64,000 bases of DNA from Octopus vulgaris (taxonomy: Eukaryota): assembly GCA_951406725.2 (NCBI GenBank), contig OX597832.1, forward strand, positions 2,480,001-2,544,000, in the 5' to 3' direction. Within the stretch, counting starts at the first letter, position 1, and each line of letters starts with the position of its first letter. A program made the translations under genes and the position numbers. Of the stretch, positions 36,101 to 51,100 are shown in pieces. Below the pieces are notes generated by a model. That model was given only the letters and a program-made list of their open reading frames with translations, was not told the origin of the DNA and did not search any database.

Positions 36101-39100
36101 TAATGTGCCATGTCCAGCATTTAATCCTCAGAAGAGAGGTTGGTAAAAAAAAATGCCAAACTTGTTATCTTCATTGCCTATCCTCATCTATGGTCATAAA
36201 TGTTGGGTAATGACCAAAAGAGTATGACTGCAAATACAAGTGGCTGAAAATGGATTCCTTTGGGATGTGTAACTTAAAGATCAGGATGTCTCTCAGGTTG
36301 AGCAGCCACTTCACTGCATTAAGAGGTCACAGCTCTGGTACTACAGACATGATTAGAATGTTGTATGAATGATTTACAATAAGATTTCTTCAAGCCGAAC
36401 CAACTGGCAGGAGATCTAGGGGTAAACCAAGAATGAGATGGTTGGATAATATCCGTAGTCTAAGTTGATCATGTTTCTAATAGGATCCAATGAAGATGCC
36501 TAACCCACAACCCTCCCCGGTATGGTGGGTGGAGAAGATTGATTAACTGGCTTTCAAAGGAATCTTAAGACCAGCTGATGATTTACAAGAGCAAATATAA
36601 CACAACTCAGCATCTATACAAATTGATTGGGTCTGTCTGTGGAATGACATTCTTGAGATTTCACCAACACAGTATTAAATGGCAGGCATCGACACCAGAC
36701 ACAGAAAAAAAATCAGAGTTGCCAGTCTCTCACCATTGAAGCACAGATCATTACCAGACATATATGCTCAGGGCATATTGTGTGGATGAACATCATCATT
36801 GCTGTTTAACGTCTGCTTTCCATGCTGGCATGGATTAGATAGTTTGACTGAGGACTGGCAAGCCAGAAGGCTGCACCAGGCTCCAATCTGATGTGGCAAA
36901 GTTTCTACAGCTGGATGTCCTTCCTAACACCAACCATTCCAAGAGTGTAGTGGATGCTTTTACATGCCACTGGCACGAGGGCCAGCCAGGTGATACTGGC
37001 AACGACCATGCTCAAATGGTGTTTTTTACATGCTACCAGCATGGGAGCCAGTCTGGCAGCACTGGCAACGACCTTGCTCAAATGTTTTTCACGTGCTAGT
37101 AAGGCGATGCTGGTAACAATCACGCTTGAATGGTGCTTTTTACGTGCCACCAGCACAGGAGCTAGTCTGCAGCCCTGGCAATGATCATGCTCGGATGGTG
37201 CTTTTAACGTTCCACTGGCACAAGTGCTAATCAGGTGGTACTGTCATCAGCCACATCAGTGATTTTGTTTCACTTGCTACAACAGGTCTTTGCAAGCAAA
37301 GTTTATTGTCCAATGAATGAAGGGTATTCATAAGTGGGCTGGTTATACACCACTGGCATAGGCCATGAGTTATGGTCACACTTGGCTTGTCAGGTCTTCT
37401 CAAGCACAGCATATCTCCAAAAGTCTCAGTCACTAGTCATTGCTTTGGTGAGGCCCAAAACATAAAGAGCTGCATTAAATTAGAGGGATTTTGTCAAGAA
37501 ACAATGCAAAATATTTCAGATATGGCAGATTATCCATATTGGATTGAAACATATATATATATATATAAGGGTACCTTTTTAAACCAAGCTAGAAGGTGAT
37601 ACCATGGAAATGCGCTCTTTCTAAAGCAGGCTGTATTAATCATAAAGAACTGTAGATACATAATCTTGAGCTAATAACCATATAGAAAGCCCTCATGTTC
37701 ATATTTTAGTTGATGTTAAAATAGCTTTACCATCTAAAACTTACCAGAAATGAAGAATTTGCTGCAGTGATAGTACCATGTGGTTTAATAAAAGCTGGTT
37801 TCAATTTTTGTAGTTTTTCCATAGAAGAGGGACGGATACCATTGTCCTTCACAACCATTTCAGCCTTGCCTGAAATTACGAAGTGCAAGAAACTATAAAC
37901 ATTTTGTGAAAAGTGATGAGTTAGAAAAACTTTAATTTTCTTTATAATATAACTGTTTTATGATGTTAAGCATATTGCTGAATTGAAGATAAAAATAATT
38001 TCCAGACTGATTCTATTATGACCTGTCAAGCAAATAGTGCTACAATTCTAGAAGAGAGAGTTTCCATCATCACTGCATTTCTCAGACATTGTTGTACAAA
38101 ATAACTTTCTATTTGACATAAATGCCATTACTGAAATGAAAGCCCCAGGTTATCAAATAAAAATAACATTGGATTCACTCATTTGTCATGTTGAATCATT
38201 TGTTTACATCAGTAATTTTGTTTGACAGTTACAATCTCAAAAATGAAAGACACTTGCCCAAGGACTCCAAGGTTCAATCCCAATGTGCAGCATCTTCGAC
38301 AAGTGTCTTATAGTGCAGCCTCCAGTCATTCAGTCATTGCTTTATAAGTGAATTTGATTGACAAAAATTGTATGGAAGCCTATCACATTTGTGGATATTG
38401 ACATTGTGATATTACTTTCACTGACTGAGTGAAATAGTGTTATGATGTTTACATTCCTTGTTGACATTATGACTAGCCACATTGTGCTTTCAAAGACCTG
38501 TGGAATAATAAATCCCCGACTTGAAAAACATGAGGGTTCTATGTGTTAAAAAAACATCCAGCTGTAAAATGCAGCATCAAATAAGCCTTCATCCAACTTA
38601 TGTTAGCATGGATAAACAAATTTAAAAATAACTGCAATTGATGATAATACTACAGCATACCAACAAATTTACAAGGGTTGGCTGAAAAGTTCATAGGCTG
38701 ACCAAGATGCTCTCATGGAATGCAACTAAATGAGATTTATTATTCAACATAGACCCCCTTGTGGTCCACACACTTCTTCCATTGGTGTTGCAGTACTTGG
38801 ATCTCATCAGTGAAGAAGCTTCAATCCTGTTGGTTTGTCATCAACAGCAGATATGATATCATCATTGTGATATTGGTTTCCAGCCAATGTTTTTCATGTT
38901 GAGGAACAGATGATAATGATCACAACAACCATTGAAAACAAGGACTTGTCTGGATGAAACAAGACCGCTTTTGTCAAAAGGCTTGCTCTTCATAGCCTTT
39001 TGTAACTGCTTCATCAAGTTGGCATAGTACTCTGCATTGAAGGTGTGGCCCACTTGAAAACAGTCAAAAATAATGCCTTTTGTATCCCCAAAAAACTAAG

Positions 39101-42100
39101 GCCATCATCTTCCCTGTAGATGAAATTACCATGGCCTTCTTTGGAGCATGAGGAGTGTTTCCACTGCATGAATTGTCTCTGTCTGAAAGTGATGAAACCA
39201 ACTCGTATCCTAATTTAGAAAACATTCATGGAAACCAATTGGATCTACCTCAATGTCAGATTATCTCATGATTTGATCAGTCTGGTGCACTTTTTATCAG
39301 GTGTCAAGACATGGCACCCACGAAGCAGAAACCTTTGTCATGCTAAATTCATTGTACAGAATATTCTAAATTCATAGGATATGATAACAGCATTGACCTG
39401 TTATTTATTACCATGTGGTGAACACAAAGTTTTCCTCGATAGTGGCAGTTGCAAGACGTCCACACTTTGGGTCATCTTCAAGACTCTCCCTTCCTCTCCT
39501 AAATTCAGCTGCTCACTTTTGCATTGTTGATAAAGCTGGAGCATCATCCCCTAATGTAGCAACCATGTCAACAGGAATGTCTTTGGGGGGTTAAACCATT
39601 TTACTGCTGGTGCTTGATAACACCACAACGCCAAATTTTGTCCATTTTCAAGAAAGTCCTGCTACCAGTTACTTTTGAAGTCTTTGAACAGTCAGATGTC
39701 AGTTTACCTAGAAAAAACAACGCAGTTAATAAGAAGTGTTGAAATGAATGAATGAATGCAAGATTTCACGGCTTTAAGCATCACTCCTTCATAGTCCACC
39801 TATGAACTTTTCAGTTCACCCTCATATGAAATATTTTGGTTAATTAAAATTTTCCGATTCCTTATATCTTTATATCTTCTTTGTCCTATAATTCAGTTAA
39901 TAAAATATATCTGGGTCATTGAACTTTGACAAAATTTGGCAAGCTTTCATTCTCAGAATTTGATGGACGGAATGAAGTCTTCAGATGAGCAAATAGTGAA
40001 AATTCAAGTTGTGTACCTGAGATAGCTTATTTAAGACCATTATTTTGGCCATTACTTCCATGATTGATTAAAAGCAAACTATTCTTACCTGCTACTTTAT
40101 AGGGAACAATATCAGTAAGCAATCCTTTGTCAGAAGCTTCTTGTGCCAACATATGCGACCTTTGGGCATATTCATCCTATAATTAAAAATTTTTAAAAAA
40201 GAGTAATTTCTATAAACAACGGTAACACTTGACAAAATAAAGTTATTCCAAGTTTACAAAAATTACCTGTTCTTGACGGGAGACAGAAAAAGCTGATGTT
40301 AGTCTGTCAGCAGAATGGCCCATTGTTTCTCCAGTAGAGAATTCAGACACTGATGGAAGCTGGGGTGAATAAAAGAAAACAAAAAGCAATATTAAACTAG
40401 GGATATTACATGCATTTTAAAAATTACAAAAGAAAGGTGAGTATCTAACCAGAAGAAGGAATTAGTAGGAAATATGTCATGAAATATAGCAGTAATGTTT
40501 CACATACAGATTTTACTAAATAATCATTTCCTGACATAATGTCAGACTAAGAAACACGACAATGCTATAAGTTCCCTTGAAATGAATAGATTAGTTGCTC
40601 GGAATAGCAGACAATGTTATTTACAGATGCAAAGAGTTTTTACTGTCATTTTTTAAATATCTAATCTAACATACCATTCTATATTTGTATAAATTTTCTA
40701 AATGCAAAAAAACCAACTTTTTGAGTACAAACATTGCCAGCAATTTGAAGTGTTTTAATATTCAATTGAAGTAAATAAGCTAGTAAAATATAGCTGAAAA
40801 TAACTGTTTTGTCAAGTTATATAATAATTACAAATATAACTCACATCAGGAGTCAGAGAAGAAGGGGTCAACATTTGGCTGATCAAAGAAAGCTTCTGGG
40901 GGAGCTTTTTAGCTTTGTTAAGTGACAGCAACAACTTCCTCATTTTACGACTTAATCGGATTGGAGCATCTGACAAAAACTCCACACCACCAGCAATAAC
41001 AGCATCACAGTTCCCAGAAGCTATTAATCCTATAGCTGGAAAAAAAAAAAAAAAAACAGGAAGAAAACATATATTTCACTACTGGAAACAATATATTTGG
41101 TAATTGACATTGAAACAATACTATACTCTTTTTCTTTCTATATAAACAATTCAAATAGCTCTATTCTAGACTAAGAGAAAAACTGCTAATAACCTGAAGT
41201 AATTGCTTGGTTTGATGATATACAAGCTTGGGTGACTGTGTGGGCAGGAATTTTGTCTGAGAAACCAGCTCCTAAACTTGCCTGAAAAGAGAAAGTAAAG
41301 TTGTAAGCAAAGGATTTGTAAATTTGGGCAGCAAATAAATCAAAGGAAAACAAATACTCACTTCTCTTGCTATGTTGCTTGTTTTCACTTCTTGTATTAC
41401 AGTACCCATGATAATATAGTCCACAGCATCTGCCAAAAAGGAAAACAATCAGACAATCATTTAATAGTCACAACTCAACTGTTAAAATATAAAATGGTAA
41501 GCATTTAGAAGCATTCTGAATGAGGAAACAAAATCTTCATGTAAAACAATATGACCAACTCCAACAATTGTTATACTTAACAGAATGCAATAATAAAAAT
41601 ATACCCACAGCAGCATGTTTCTCAAATCAACAAAACAGTAATACATATTCTTGAATCTTTCCTTTTAAAACATGCAAGAGGGGCAGCTTACGCCAAACAC
41701 TGACAAGAGATCATATAAACACAACTAAAACTGCTACTACTCCCAGGAAATACAACTTAACATTATCAAGCTGTCAGACAATGCAAACTATAAGAAAGAG
41801 TGATAATTCAATTTTCTAGTGACTCATATGAAAATACTCTTATCATCTTGGTTGACTGATAAACAATATTTCTGTTTGGTATTTATTTAAAGTTAATTAA
41901 ACTAGAGTGGTCTGTAGAGTTTAAGCGGATTACGACAGGTTGGCCTGGCATATGTAGTAGTATGCTTCTAATATGTTCCTGAACACAACCAGCAAGGGAT
42001 CAGCTTGTTTCTCCAATGTAAAGGGCATCACAAAGTTTGCATATGATGCAATATATAAGATTAGATGATGTGCATCAGACGTTCTGAGTAACATGATGTG

Positions 42101-45100
42101 TCTTAGGTCAAGTGATGGTTGAATATAATAAACAGTAGTGGGTCTGAGAACCAAGCCCTGAAGATATCTACCTGTACATTAAATTCCTTAAACTCATTGC
42201 TAACTCACCTTGTAGATGGCATTTCTGTACACGGTTTGTACAACTCTCACATGCCATTTATCTACAATGTTTTCTTGGCAACCACTGGACTACAGAGCAT
42301 GTGTGAATGCTTTTAGTTAAGAAAAGCACCTGTAGCAGTTTCACTAGAAAGAGGACATCAGTGTTAACCTCTTCTGACACAAACCTTAATTTCATATCAT
42401 CTTAGCTAATTAACTTCCTTATTAGTTGTGCTATAACTTGGTTCATCAGTTTCATACATCTGAAGTTGCTTCTTTTAAGAGCATTTCTTTTGCCTTTGTA
42501 ATAGTTGCTGAGGATATTGCTATGCCAGTTACTGGGTATGACACTTTCCTGTACTATATTAAGAAAGGCACATTGGATATTGTGATCCTGGGTTCTCCGC
42601 ACACAGTAAAAAAGGATTGACATAGCTGCAATACCTTCAAATATAGGCCTGATTGAACAATGTAGATCTAGGGCTAAATAACTAAGTAACTTTGCAAGTG
42701 ACAAAATTTCTTATTTTACCAGAGATTTTCAACATCTCAGCAACTATTCCTAATGGTGCATGCTGGTATATTGAAGTGCACTTTCGATTGATTAGCTGTC
42801 AACTTCAATAATCACTTGTCCTTCACATATTTTCTACATTCAGCATAATTACATAAATCTCATAATTACATTTCTATTCCACTTCTTAGTAGCAATGATG
42901 CACATTCACTGCTATTATTCTGTAGACACTTCTCTCTTGTGGCATCACTTGTCCTAACACATTGCAGTTCAGAACACCACACCTCTGATCTTGTTAGAGA
43001 ACATTACCAAGCCTCTTACATTCAGTTTCTCTCTGTCCTAAATATAACCAACATCTAACTTATCTAGTTTTGTGTCACTCTCTACATTGCTCTATACACT
43101 GATATAGTCTGTGGCTGACAGCAGATTGTCATTTAAACACCTATTTATTTTCTGTCCTCCCTTTCCTTGTCATTCATATCAGCTAATACGTTTTTGAACT
43201 TATGTCTTTCCCTACCTTCTTTGCTCAGACTGTCTTGTTCATCTCACTCTGACTCTGATATACCTTGTCTACATTGAATGGTATATTTTTCACCATGGAA
43301 AGAATATTCACAACCATCTGCCTATTTTAATTCCTTATGAATAGGAATTCTACCTGATTGGTAGGTTTCTTGAAGCTAGTGTTGCAAATGGTTATAGCCA
43401 GTTGCATCATGGAACTCAAAAAGATTTCATTCCCTGTATTATATCTATAGTCTTCTTGTATATCAGATAACCATCATGATGTAGTCTAATACGTCTATTA
43501 AAGTAACCAGCTGTAATACCAGACTCGCCATCATTTGTTATTGAGCTGGTCTGCAAGAAGATCTCATAGAAACAGTCCTACTACTTGATTGGGGTGCATG
43601 TGCAGAGATCATAGTTGTCATGTTGCTTATGACTTGCGGAAGCTTAATTATTCTGTTAATTGTCAAGAATTTGAAACTGTTTCCCAGCTTCATAAATTAG
43701 ACAATAATAAAGTAACTGCAAATTACTTATGACTTAACTTATTCCATGTAATTTTGTTGTGTCTAGGAAGAGTCATTATGCCAATATAATAAACAGAATG
43801 TGAAATAGTTCAGAAACAATTATCTGTTTTAGCTACTCTCACCTGCCCATTGTTGCTTAGAAATTTATAAAAAGTTGGTTATAAATATCTTATTGAAGCT
43901 AGTGTCTACACAAACTTTCCTTACTCCCAGTATTTCCTTTCTCTCCATTAAACCTAATATAGCAGTCACAATTCAAACATAATATACAAACATAATGGTC
44001 CACTCACAACTCTCACATCTAATAATATGAAAAAATAAATTTACCTTTTGACAAGTTTGTTCGCTTAACTAAACCACTACAAAAAATAAAACAATATATT
44101 AAATATTATTTAAAGGAGGTTTCTAAATAAAATATTGAGTAAATTTTTACTACTGATCAAACAAAACTTCTAGTATACTATCATCAGTTAAAACTGACTA
44201 GTTTTCTTAACATTTATTATTAAAACATTTCAGAACTTTTGAGAATAAACTTATGTAAATACCAGTTCAATGTTCATTGCTTTGATGAGAGCACAATGAT
44301 AAAATTTTTAAATTATATTGTTTATCCATTTACCTATAATATAAAATATATTCAGTTTAAAACACAAAGAGTATTTAAAAAAATTAGAAAGTCATTAAAG
44401 TTATCTCCATTTTCAAGAAAATAAATCTATCAAGTACTTTTTAAATGAGCAAATTATTGAACTTTAGGTTATCTTCCTCAATGAATGTTTCATAAATAAT
44501 TTTTTAATATTGTTTAGCTACAAACTTTTATTTTAAAAATATTTTATTTCACATTCTGCAAACTTGGTTTATACAATATTTACACTGACACAGAAGACTT
44601 CACCATAAACAACATTCCTTAAGGTACTGTTTTCACTATAGTGATGTATCTTTCTGGATGAGTTGAAGATTTGTCAGCTACTTCTAGCAGGTTGAGCAAC
44701 CACATAAAATCTCCAATATTTTTGAGTATGTGTAGATTAGTTAGATTTGTGGCAAATGAAGAATGTCAAATTATTTTAATAACAATTTTGTCCCAAATAT
44801 TAACATATTTTCATCTCAGTGAAATATCCTAACAGAAACTTCCTCATACATAAAGCAGTAACTGATAAGTTTCAGTGAATTATTTTTCATTCATGATAAG
44901 GAATATTTCCATGACTTATTTTTGTAGTTTCTCAATTGCTGTGTAACAAATATTTCTCTAAAAAAATAAGGTTTATCTTACAGATAGAAAGACTGACTGT
45001 TTTACTGAATGAAGGGCTTTGTAAATTAGTTTAGCCACCACTTATAGTTTATAAGTAGTTTTAAGTGGAAGGAACTGCATTCAATAAATTGAAAGTAGTT

Positions 45101-48100
45101 TACAGTAGAGTTGGTTGTTTTAGTAAAATGCCGGTGGCACATGAACAAAACATTTGAGCAAGGTTGTTGCCAGTGCAGGTGGCATGTAAAAAAACACCAT
45201 TTGAGCGTGGCCGTTGCCAGTACTGCCAGACTGGCCCTCGTGCCAGTGGCACATAAAAGCACCCACTACTCTCAGAGTGGTTGGCGTTAGGGAGGGCATC
45301 CAGCTTTAGAAACTCTGCCGGATCAGATTGCAGCCTGGCGCAGCCATCTGGTTTGCCAGTCCTCTGTCAAATCGTCCAACCCATGCTAGCATGGAAAGCG
45401 GACGTTAAATGATGATGATGATGATGATGATGATGAGTACCTATTTTCAATACTTTTCTGTTTTGCCTTCCAGTTTCCTCCTCTTTATCTTTTTCCTTTC
45501 TTCACACATCCCTATTTCTTTATTTTTTTGGTGGCATGTTCGGAAAAAATAAAACACCTCCCTTAATTTTCTGCTGAACAATTATGTTAGAAATGAAATT
45601 CTAGTGCAACATTTTCAAAACTACAAAATGTCTGGTTTCATGAAATCATTGAAATAACATGTGATGAACAGAAGGGAAACATGATTTTTATAATAATATA
45701 TATTCTGGGAGAATTGAATATAATTGAAATAATCCCTAAAATTCATAGAAGCCACTGGCAGTTTATTGGCAAAATTATATTTAAAAAAATAAGAGTTTGT
45801 TGGTGTCCAATAATAATAGTGAAATTATTGTGTATAGTGCTCAGGTGCACTACAACTCATGAAAGGTGCATGTACAGTACATAGAGTTATGTACAAAAGT
45901 CAGGAAAGCGAACAGTGTATGAGTCATGATAGACATGTGTGCATGCGAATGGATCAGGTGTAGTGTTGCCGAATTTCAGGAAGCATGCAGGTTTTAAAGG
46001 ATGCAATGTCTCAGCAACTAACAACTGATGCAGGTAGTTTGTTCCATGCTTCAGCAACTCTGAGTGTGAAAAAATGTTTCTGAAAGTCATGGGAGCTGTG
46101 CTTTTTCTGACTTTGTAGACATACCCACATGTGTTAGACATATGGAGCTCAAAAAAGTGCTCAAGGTGGTTGTTCGTATGATGGTTAATAATTTTGTGGG
46201 TGTTTACCAAGTCATTTCCCAGATGTCGGAGCTTCAATACATCTATGCCCAGGGAAGCAAGGAGTTCAGTGTATGGTAGATGCCTGATGGAGGGTATTTG
46301 CTTGGTTGCATGTCTCAGAACAGTTTCCAGGAGGTCAATGTCCTGAGCAAGATAGGGGTTACAGACTGGTGATGCAAATTCCAAATGTGGCCACACCATA
46401 GCCATATACAGCCTTAAATAGATAGCTGAGAGCGGCCGACAAACGTCTTGCTGAGTGATGCCAAGATGCCCTTGGCTTCTTGACAATTTTAGAGATGTGC
46501 TTTGTCCAGTGCAAATTGCTGCTGACAGTAATGCTCAGGTCACATTCACAAGAAGACTTCTTGATATTAGTGTGTGGAGAGAATATGTGGATGCTGGGTA
46601 AAGGACATTTAATATTTCAAACAGATACTTTTATTTAAAAAAAAAGAATTCTTTGAAAAATGGTTGATCTTAAATTTTAGATATTCCTCTCCCAGAATAC
46701 ATTGATATAATCACTTTTTACTATTAAACTCTTTATATTGGATATTCATTAATGTATCTTTCTGTATAGTGATTACCAATAAATCAATATACTGGCTCCT
46801 TACTCAAGAAAACTTTCTCAAAATAGAAAGCAAATTATGGTTTTAAGATAAGAAATATGCAGCCAAAAGTTGACTGAAATTCTCAGAAAATGATCTAAAA
46901 TACTTTTTTTTTTCCTAAAGGAAAGTGGATTGACAAAACCATTAGAGCATTGGCCAAAATGCCTTGTAGAATTTGCCTTTTATTTATCTGAGGTAGATAA
47001 AATAAAGTACCGGTGAAGTATTGGGTTTCATGATAATGACCAACTCCTCTTGGCTAATTTTCGGGTCTTGTGCCTATGCTACAGACAAATCTTATATACT
47101 TTACATAATTAGTATAACAAAATCTTCATCCAATTAAATGACAAAATAGCAGCAGTTTACCAAATACTTCATCAAACAGTGTAAAAGACTAAACTAGAAA
47201 TTAGACATTTGAAACTTTTAGATGAGGAAACATGAAAGTTTCCTTCTGCAGAAATCTCAGATTTAGTAGTACTTTGATCTATTTCAGGAAATTAATTTTT
47301 ATTTATTTATTTGGCTGTATACAGCTTACTTACAGCAATGCATTCCGAGCTAAATCATGAGGCATAAGGTTAACGTAGGTTGTTCCTGAGGTCAAAAATG
47401 GAATACGGACACCTTCTACTAATACAACATTCCGAACACCAGGTTTTGAAAGAGTTTTTCGACCTACAAAAGGAAAAAGATAAAACTTACAAAATAAAAA
47501 TTATCATTAACAACTTTGAAATGAATAAAAGTACTTCTCTTAGCCCTCATGACAAATCTGCCTAAGAAGTACTAAACTTCTAAGAGAAAATAATAAATAT
47601 TGGTGAACATTACTCCACTACAAGTGTGTATTTAGACATATCCCTAGCATACTGTAGACCATTCTGATATTTTCTCAATGTTTGCACCAGTTATAAACAG
47701 CGTTTTTACATTTACACCTGTAACTTTTAAATACATTGATATTTAAACATCTGGATTTTTTTTTTATACAACAATGCTCAAGTTGCATCATGACAGTCAC
47801 TTATGACATACTGTTATCATTATAGTTACATCTGTTTAATTTTATAATAATATTAGTTTCTTCTCATACATATTTGGCTTGGCTACTGTAATCTATTCCA
47901 GTGTATCTCTTGCCAAACAAATACAATTCCGATGTTGAAGTCTACCCTGTAATATTCAGTGCACTGTTTTTACCCAGGGAAAGAGTAGTTGCATATTAAC
48001 CCTTTAGTATTTAAACCAGCCATATCAGGCCCAAATATTCTACATGTTTAATGATGAAGCTGACCAGATTTGGCCTTCACACCTACCATACAATGTCATT

Positions 48101-51100
48101 CTAAAAATATACAAAATCACATTATTGAAATCTTGAAGTTATGAGATAATACATGATTAATTTAAACCAATTTCAATAAATAAACAATATGTTTGACAGA
48201 GTAATCTGAATGCTAAAGGGTTAAAAAGGAATTGATTTATAATTTAACATCACACCATACTTATACACACTACAATACATTTTGGAAGATTCAAATTTAA
48301 AACATTATTTGTCTAGATTCCCCAACTATGCAGTATGGGAATTTGAATGCCAATTGAAGAGATTAAATCTAAATAACTATCAAGCGGTTAATTTGTTCTA
48401 ATGTAATTCATGAAAGCTATGTCAGCTATAGCAAAAGTAGCACTGAAGACAGTTGAAATTTAAGTTTAAAGTCCCACTTTTTGCAGTCAGCATAAAGAAA
48501 AACAGCTACATAAAGCATAATAATACATACAATCAACTAAATATGTAAACTTTCTTACTTGGAGCAACATTCTGGTGAGCAAACGATACACTGATACAAC
48601 GAACACCTGTCAAGAGAGATACAAAAGACAAAAGTTGTTATTTTATACAGTGAAGTAAAATGATTTCTCTTCCTTTCTCTATCATTTTTCAAAGACTCAG
48701 CCTTCTAATTATATGATTACCGACCAGAGAAACCAACTTCTTAAGTTTCCCATGACACCTTAAAATTAGGATTAGAGTTAATCAATAAAAGTCAGCAGAT
48801 GAAAAGATTCACAGTACTGATTACTGTAATTGAGAATAACCTCAATGGTTTGACATTTTCACAAATTTTGATCAGTCTGATAGCAAAATAAATGGCAGTA
48901 ACTGCAAATAATTCTCCAACTTTAATAAACAGCATTGTGCTTGTTGTTGGATAAACAATGAAAATACCTAATCATAAGTTGTAAGTTATATGCTTTTACT
49001 CCAAACAATTTATCCAGAAGTACAATTTCATAGACTCGAGAGTTAGTCAATACAGGAGCCAGTTTCTTTCCTCTGTACAAACAACTTTATTTGTAGCATT
49101 GTTATGTCACAGGTGCTGAAAGTCTTCACAGATAATTAATGATTAAACTGATACTTCACATCACTGCAAAAACATAAGGCTGTGTTGATACTTCACCCAT
49201 CTCCGAGTTGGTATAGAGCTATGAAAACATATTAAGAAAATCACATTGGTTTGAGTATGAAGCTATGAAAACAGCTATGAGAGAAGAATTCACCACGGAC
49301 CATAATGAATGGTGTCCAAATTCCGTCTCCTTTTCATGCTAAAAATGGCTGTTTATAAGGCTGTTGCTGAAAGAACATTCTAGAACTTGACACATGAAGA
49401 AGGAGTTCTGGTTGGCTAAAATTGGGATCTGCAGGCACAATAAACTTGTGATTTACATGCAATCAGAAATGAAGATGAAGTCAACTATCATACATATCTC
49501 AATCAGAAACATTAACAGAATGTCAGCTTGTTCAATCACATGACTGTCATCAAGGCCAAAGTTCTCTATTCAGGCACACTGCTCTTTTACTCCTTTCATT
49601 GGCTGACATTTTGAATATAAAAGATAGTATTAAATGATGCTTGGCTCACAGCAACCTGTAGGGATTGCAAATATACAGTATCATATGGGTAATGCACCTG
49701 AGTCTAAGTGCCATCAATTTGCTTTTCCAAAAAATTAGATACTACATTTTCAAGGTTCATTAGTTGCTGGTATGAAAAGCAGCCAAATAAAAATCATTTG
49801 TGTAACTTAACTAATAGTTGTTGAAACAAATAACAAAATTACATTTATGTGACTGAACAAGAGACAGAAATAAATAAGGTTAAAGAAAAAATATATTTGT
49901 AACTCTGAAGTAAAATTTTTTTTCACTGCAGTTTCTAGTTTACTGCATCCTATATTTTGACATTAAATCAACAGAGAAGTAGTTATTAAGAGAGTGCCCT
50001 CCCACCCTTCCTCTAGCACACAATGGCTGCTGCAGTCATTGCTAATACTTTTAATAAATGTGGCGAGTTATGGGGGAAAGAAAAACAAAGCAAAATTAGG
50101 TTTAATCATAGAATTAGATGTTAAAACTCACATCATTAACAAGATTTACTCTTTATCGAAATAATTAACTATGAAGAGTGTTGTAATAAAAGAGAAAGCT
50201 CTATGTCTGTAGTAAAACATGATTAGCTCCCAGACAGTGTAATGACGTAACTACACAGATCAGTTCATTGACCTCAATGTTCTCTTTGCAAATACAATTC
50301 TCTCACTCACTCACTCACTCATTCACACACATTTATACATACTCATACACATATACAATCATACACACACACAAACACACATGTTTGTGTGTACCCTTGT
50401 CTTGACATCATATAATGACTGTAAACAAACATCAATCTTGCAAGCAATGATGGCTGTTTCCAGTCTTCAATGAAAATATGTCTGGTCATATATTCTTATT
50501 TCTGGGAAAGCCATATCAACTCTAACATGTTTCTGCATTACTATTAGTAGATCTACTTCTAGTAGCAAAGTGATAGATTTGAGCTCATCAGAAACATTCA
50601 TCAATTACATCTCCTTTGTTTACAGAACTAAGTTGAATGAGACTAACAGTCCAACTGCAAATCTTATGTAGCAAAAAAAAAAAAAAAATGTACAGTAGTA
50701 TAAAAGTATAGGCATAGGCATAGCTGTGTGTTAAGAAACTTGGTTCAACCAGATACTCCCCAGCTCAGTCCCACTGCGTGGCACCTTGGGCAAGTACTAT
50801 AGCCTCGGGCTGACAAAAACTGAAAGAAGCCCATCATATATGTGCGTGTGTGTCTTTTTATATGTGCTTGCCCCATCACCACTACCGCTTGACAACTGAC
50901 GGTGTGTTTACGTCCCTGTGACATAGCAGTTTGACAAAAAAGAATAATAGAATAAGAACTAAGCTTTTAGAAAAATATAAGTCAATGTGTTCAACTAAAT
51001 AACTCTTCAAGATGGTGCCCTAGTATGACTGAAACAAAAGTTAAAAGATAGTATTAATCATAACCAATATTATTATTCCTTAATTATAATTATTTATTGT